Assembly (NCBI RefSeq): GCF_001949145.1
Contig: NW_019091359.1
Coordinates: 640,997 to 703,398, forward strand
DNA from: Acanthaster planci
Lineage: Eukaryota
Direction: 5' to 3'
DNA: 62,402 nucleotides
Shown: positions 60,238 through 62,402 of the stretch, piece by piece
Layout of the letters: every line of letters begins with the position of its first letter
Position numbering within the stretch: position 1 is the first letter of the stretch
Position numbers and translations under genes: made by a program
The notes under the pieces: model-generated
What the model saw: only the letters and a program-made list of their open reading frames with translations
What the model was told of the DNA's origin: nothing
Databases searched by the model: none

Positions 60238-60860
60238 ATGGATAAAGAAAAGAACAAAGAATTCTCAAGATTGTTTTATAGTGCACATGGCTATTGGAAA
60301 GGTGAAAGCGCTGTAGATCACTTGCACAAAAAGACGGGCACAGATAAAAGCGCGTTGAGAAACTGGTTTTAAAAGCAAGCCCGCGCCTGGGTATGTGCCC
60401 GGGCCGATGACTTTCATCCAAAGGGTAAAACTTTACTACAAATACGCGCTGATGGTAGTCGACGTGGCTTCTAGATACAAAGAAGTTGAATCTTTAATAA
60501 CTAAAACGGCTGAACAAGGGACCGATGCAATGAAATAGATTTACAGTAGATCTCCTTTTACTTGGCCGAAAATAGCAATGGTACAGATTCTGGGTCAGAA
60601 TTTAAAGGCGAGTCTAAAAAGGCGTTTGTCAAAAAGAAGGTTGAAATTCAAGTAGGTGAACCCGGTGTTCATCGATCGCAGGGAATAGTCGAAAGGTTAA
60701 ATAGAACTTTGGCCGAACGATTGTTTGGTCATCAGTATGCACAAGAAATGTTAAACGTTGGAACGCGTAATGAGGAATGGGTCACATGGTTGCCTCAGGT
60801 CGTAAAATCGCTAAAAGAAGAAAAGAAAAGAGCGTTTTCGAAACGAGTGGATTCGGCGGA
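60238..60860 (+). pseudogene. rve integrase of P4
   Basis: FYSAHGYWKG, KYALMVVDVASRYKE, DSGSEFKG, HRSQGIVERLNRTLAERLF, WVTWLPQVV. Confidence 0.88.
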
Positions 60861-61418
60861 GGCTTTAGTTTCGCTGGTTCCAGGCAGAGCTCGAACGTAT
60901 GGTTTTGAATGTTGCTTCAAAATGGCTCAATACTGGATACTATCAGTCCCAAATTCGGGATTTATAGAAATATTTCTATGATCCCTCCTGATTATTGGTT
61001 GTCTTATTGTAAAAATCTCGTGGGATCACAAAATATTAATGACCTCGCGCGCAGAAATTCAACCATTTAGTGGAATGCATCCGTAGCCGATTACACATCT
61101 TGCGCCGCTCGGCGGCGCTTACACTATCTTTTGATGTACGATTGATACAAGTCTATTGTAATAGAGATTGGGGGCGCGCTTTACGCACGCAAAAAGTTTT
61201 CAGCGTTAGCCCTAGTCTAGTCCAATTTTGACTCGCAGTGAACCTGAAAATGTATCTTTACATCTAGACACCTTTTGGCCATTTCAGGAGTGACATATCG
61301 GAACCCAGCAACGGATAACCAAGGGCAGGGAGACATTGAAATAACTGTTAAAGAGATACACGGTAGGTAATGACTGACACGGTGAAGGATATTTTCCAAG
61401 TTTCGGAAAAATTAGGCC

Positions 61419-61522
61419 TAACGTGCGTGACCGTATAGTCTCCAGGTCCGTTATTTCGCCACTTTCTGTCAGACTGAAACCAATCAGACAGGGACCTGGC
61501 GACTGTACGGTCACGCACGTTA
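61419..61522. repeat. Short hairpin element (31-bp arms, ~42-bp spacer)
   Basis: TAACGTGCGTGACCGTATAGTCTCCAGGTCC vs GGACCTGGCGACTGTACGGTCACGCACGTTA (2 mismatches). Confidence 0.85.
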
Positions 61523-62402
61523 TTAGGGGTCTGCCTAGCCCATGTGGGCTCCCTGACCGTTCTACGTTATGAAATGAAGACAACGTCTAACCTGGGCTCG
61601 AGGGGCCTTCCGAGCCCCACTACTGGTGTGGCACGGACTCTCACTCCCGATCCATCCAATTGAATAGGGCTGTTAGTAATGCCCCAACTGTAGCATCAGT
61701 CCCAACTAGAGTACAATCCAGCCCAACTATAGCTCAGATGTCTGTCATGCATGTGCCCAGCATGTGCCAAAATCTCATATTGCTTATGATATCATGTCAT
61801 GAAGTGCCATTTTTAGATGAATTGTGTCAAGTGTGAGATGTATAAACTTAGATAAGCTTGAGAAATTTTCTACAGAAATTGGATGTAGAGCTGCAGTTGG
61901 GCCAGACGTTATAGTTTGGGCATAACTAGCCTAGGGTGGACATTATCTACATAGCATTGTGACCAACGTCCAGGATAAAAAGTCCTCCTACAATGCGCGA
62001 TTCGTTAACGATGTACGTTCGATTGTCTAGTACATAAACTTGTACATGCATGAAATGCATGGCAACAGACCACCCCTTACGCATGCGTGGAAAAGCTTGG
62101 GGTGTGAAAAAGTTGCAGATAAGGCCATGTGCGAAACGCACTTCCAAAGCCATGGCTAGGTCTGTTGTCTGTGCGAAGACCTAGACCCAGCTCTATAAAA
62201 CATAACTGACAGAATGTGGGGCATGTGAATGCCATTTCATGCATGCACAAATACATTTACTTACTATACCAGAGGAATATAGGTCGTTCATGAATCACAA
62301 TGGAAAACATGGAGTTTTGTAAAATTTCCTGCAAAAGAAGTTGTCCGCGGGCATATTTAGTAATTTCAACACGGCATTTATAGAATTCGGGATACAAGGC
62401 AC

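Larger units (their letters stand above)
55430..60860. mobile_element. Polinton-like segment P4 (AT-rich lineage): integrase (+) divergent from capsid, ATPase, HNH and small genes (-)
   Basis: See component genes; all decayed. Confidence 0.82.

Noticed and set aside
61217..61583. Candidate 5' exons of the MCT gene
   Set aside because: Translations show no transmembrane or SLC16 N-terminal motif and overlap a hairpin repeat.
61886..62195. Possible hAT MITE with TAGAGCTG/CAGCTCTA ends
   Set aside because: Only an 8-bp TIR and no matching target-site duplication.

Overview
Eukaryotic (animal, probably marine invertebrate) genomic DNA with spliceosomal introns and assembly gaps (N runs 24080-24686 and 53568-53668; single Ns at 33550 and 38656). 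Bases 1-19.4 kb hold host genes: the last 15 coding exons of a citron Rho-interacting kinase (CIT; coiled-coil, C1, PH, CNH; + strand) and, converging on it, the last two exons of an SLC16/MCT-type MFS transporter (- strand). From about 20.5 to 61 kb lies a dense nest of mobile elements dominated by decayed Polinton/Maverick (adintovirus-like) DNA-virus genomes. There are four segments from two clearly different lineages. P1 is an AT-rich pPolB with an EndoVII/HNH insert. P2 is a pPolB N-terminus with three C2H2 fingers plus a PC4-like gene. P3 is a near-complete cassette: polB with a Vsr-like insert, ATPase, integrase with chromodomain, minor capsid, core protein and major capsid. P4 carries integrase, capsid, ATPase and a Cys-repeat HNH gene. 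These are interleaved with a Mag-like Gypsy LTR element, DIRS- and Ngaro-type retroelements, CR1/L2 LINE fragments, a probable solo LTR, MITEs and short satellites. The most notable observations are apparent introns and zinc-finger fusion in Polinton polB, inverted Ngaro-derived repeats bracketing the P3 cassette, and the nested virus cluster itself. All calls come from manual translation and motif recognition; no database search was run.
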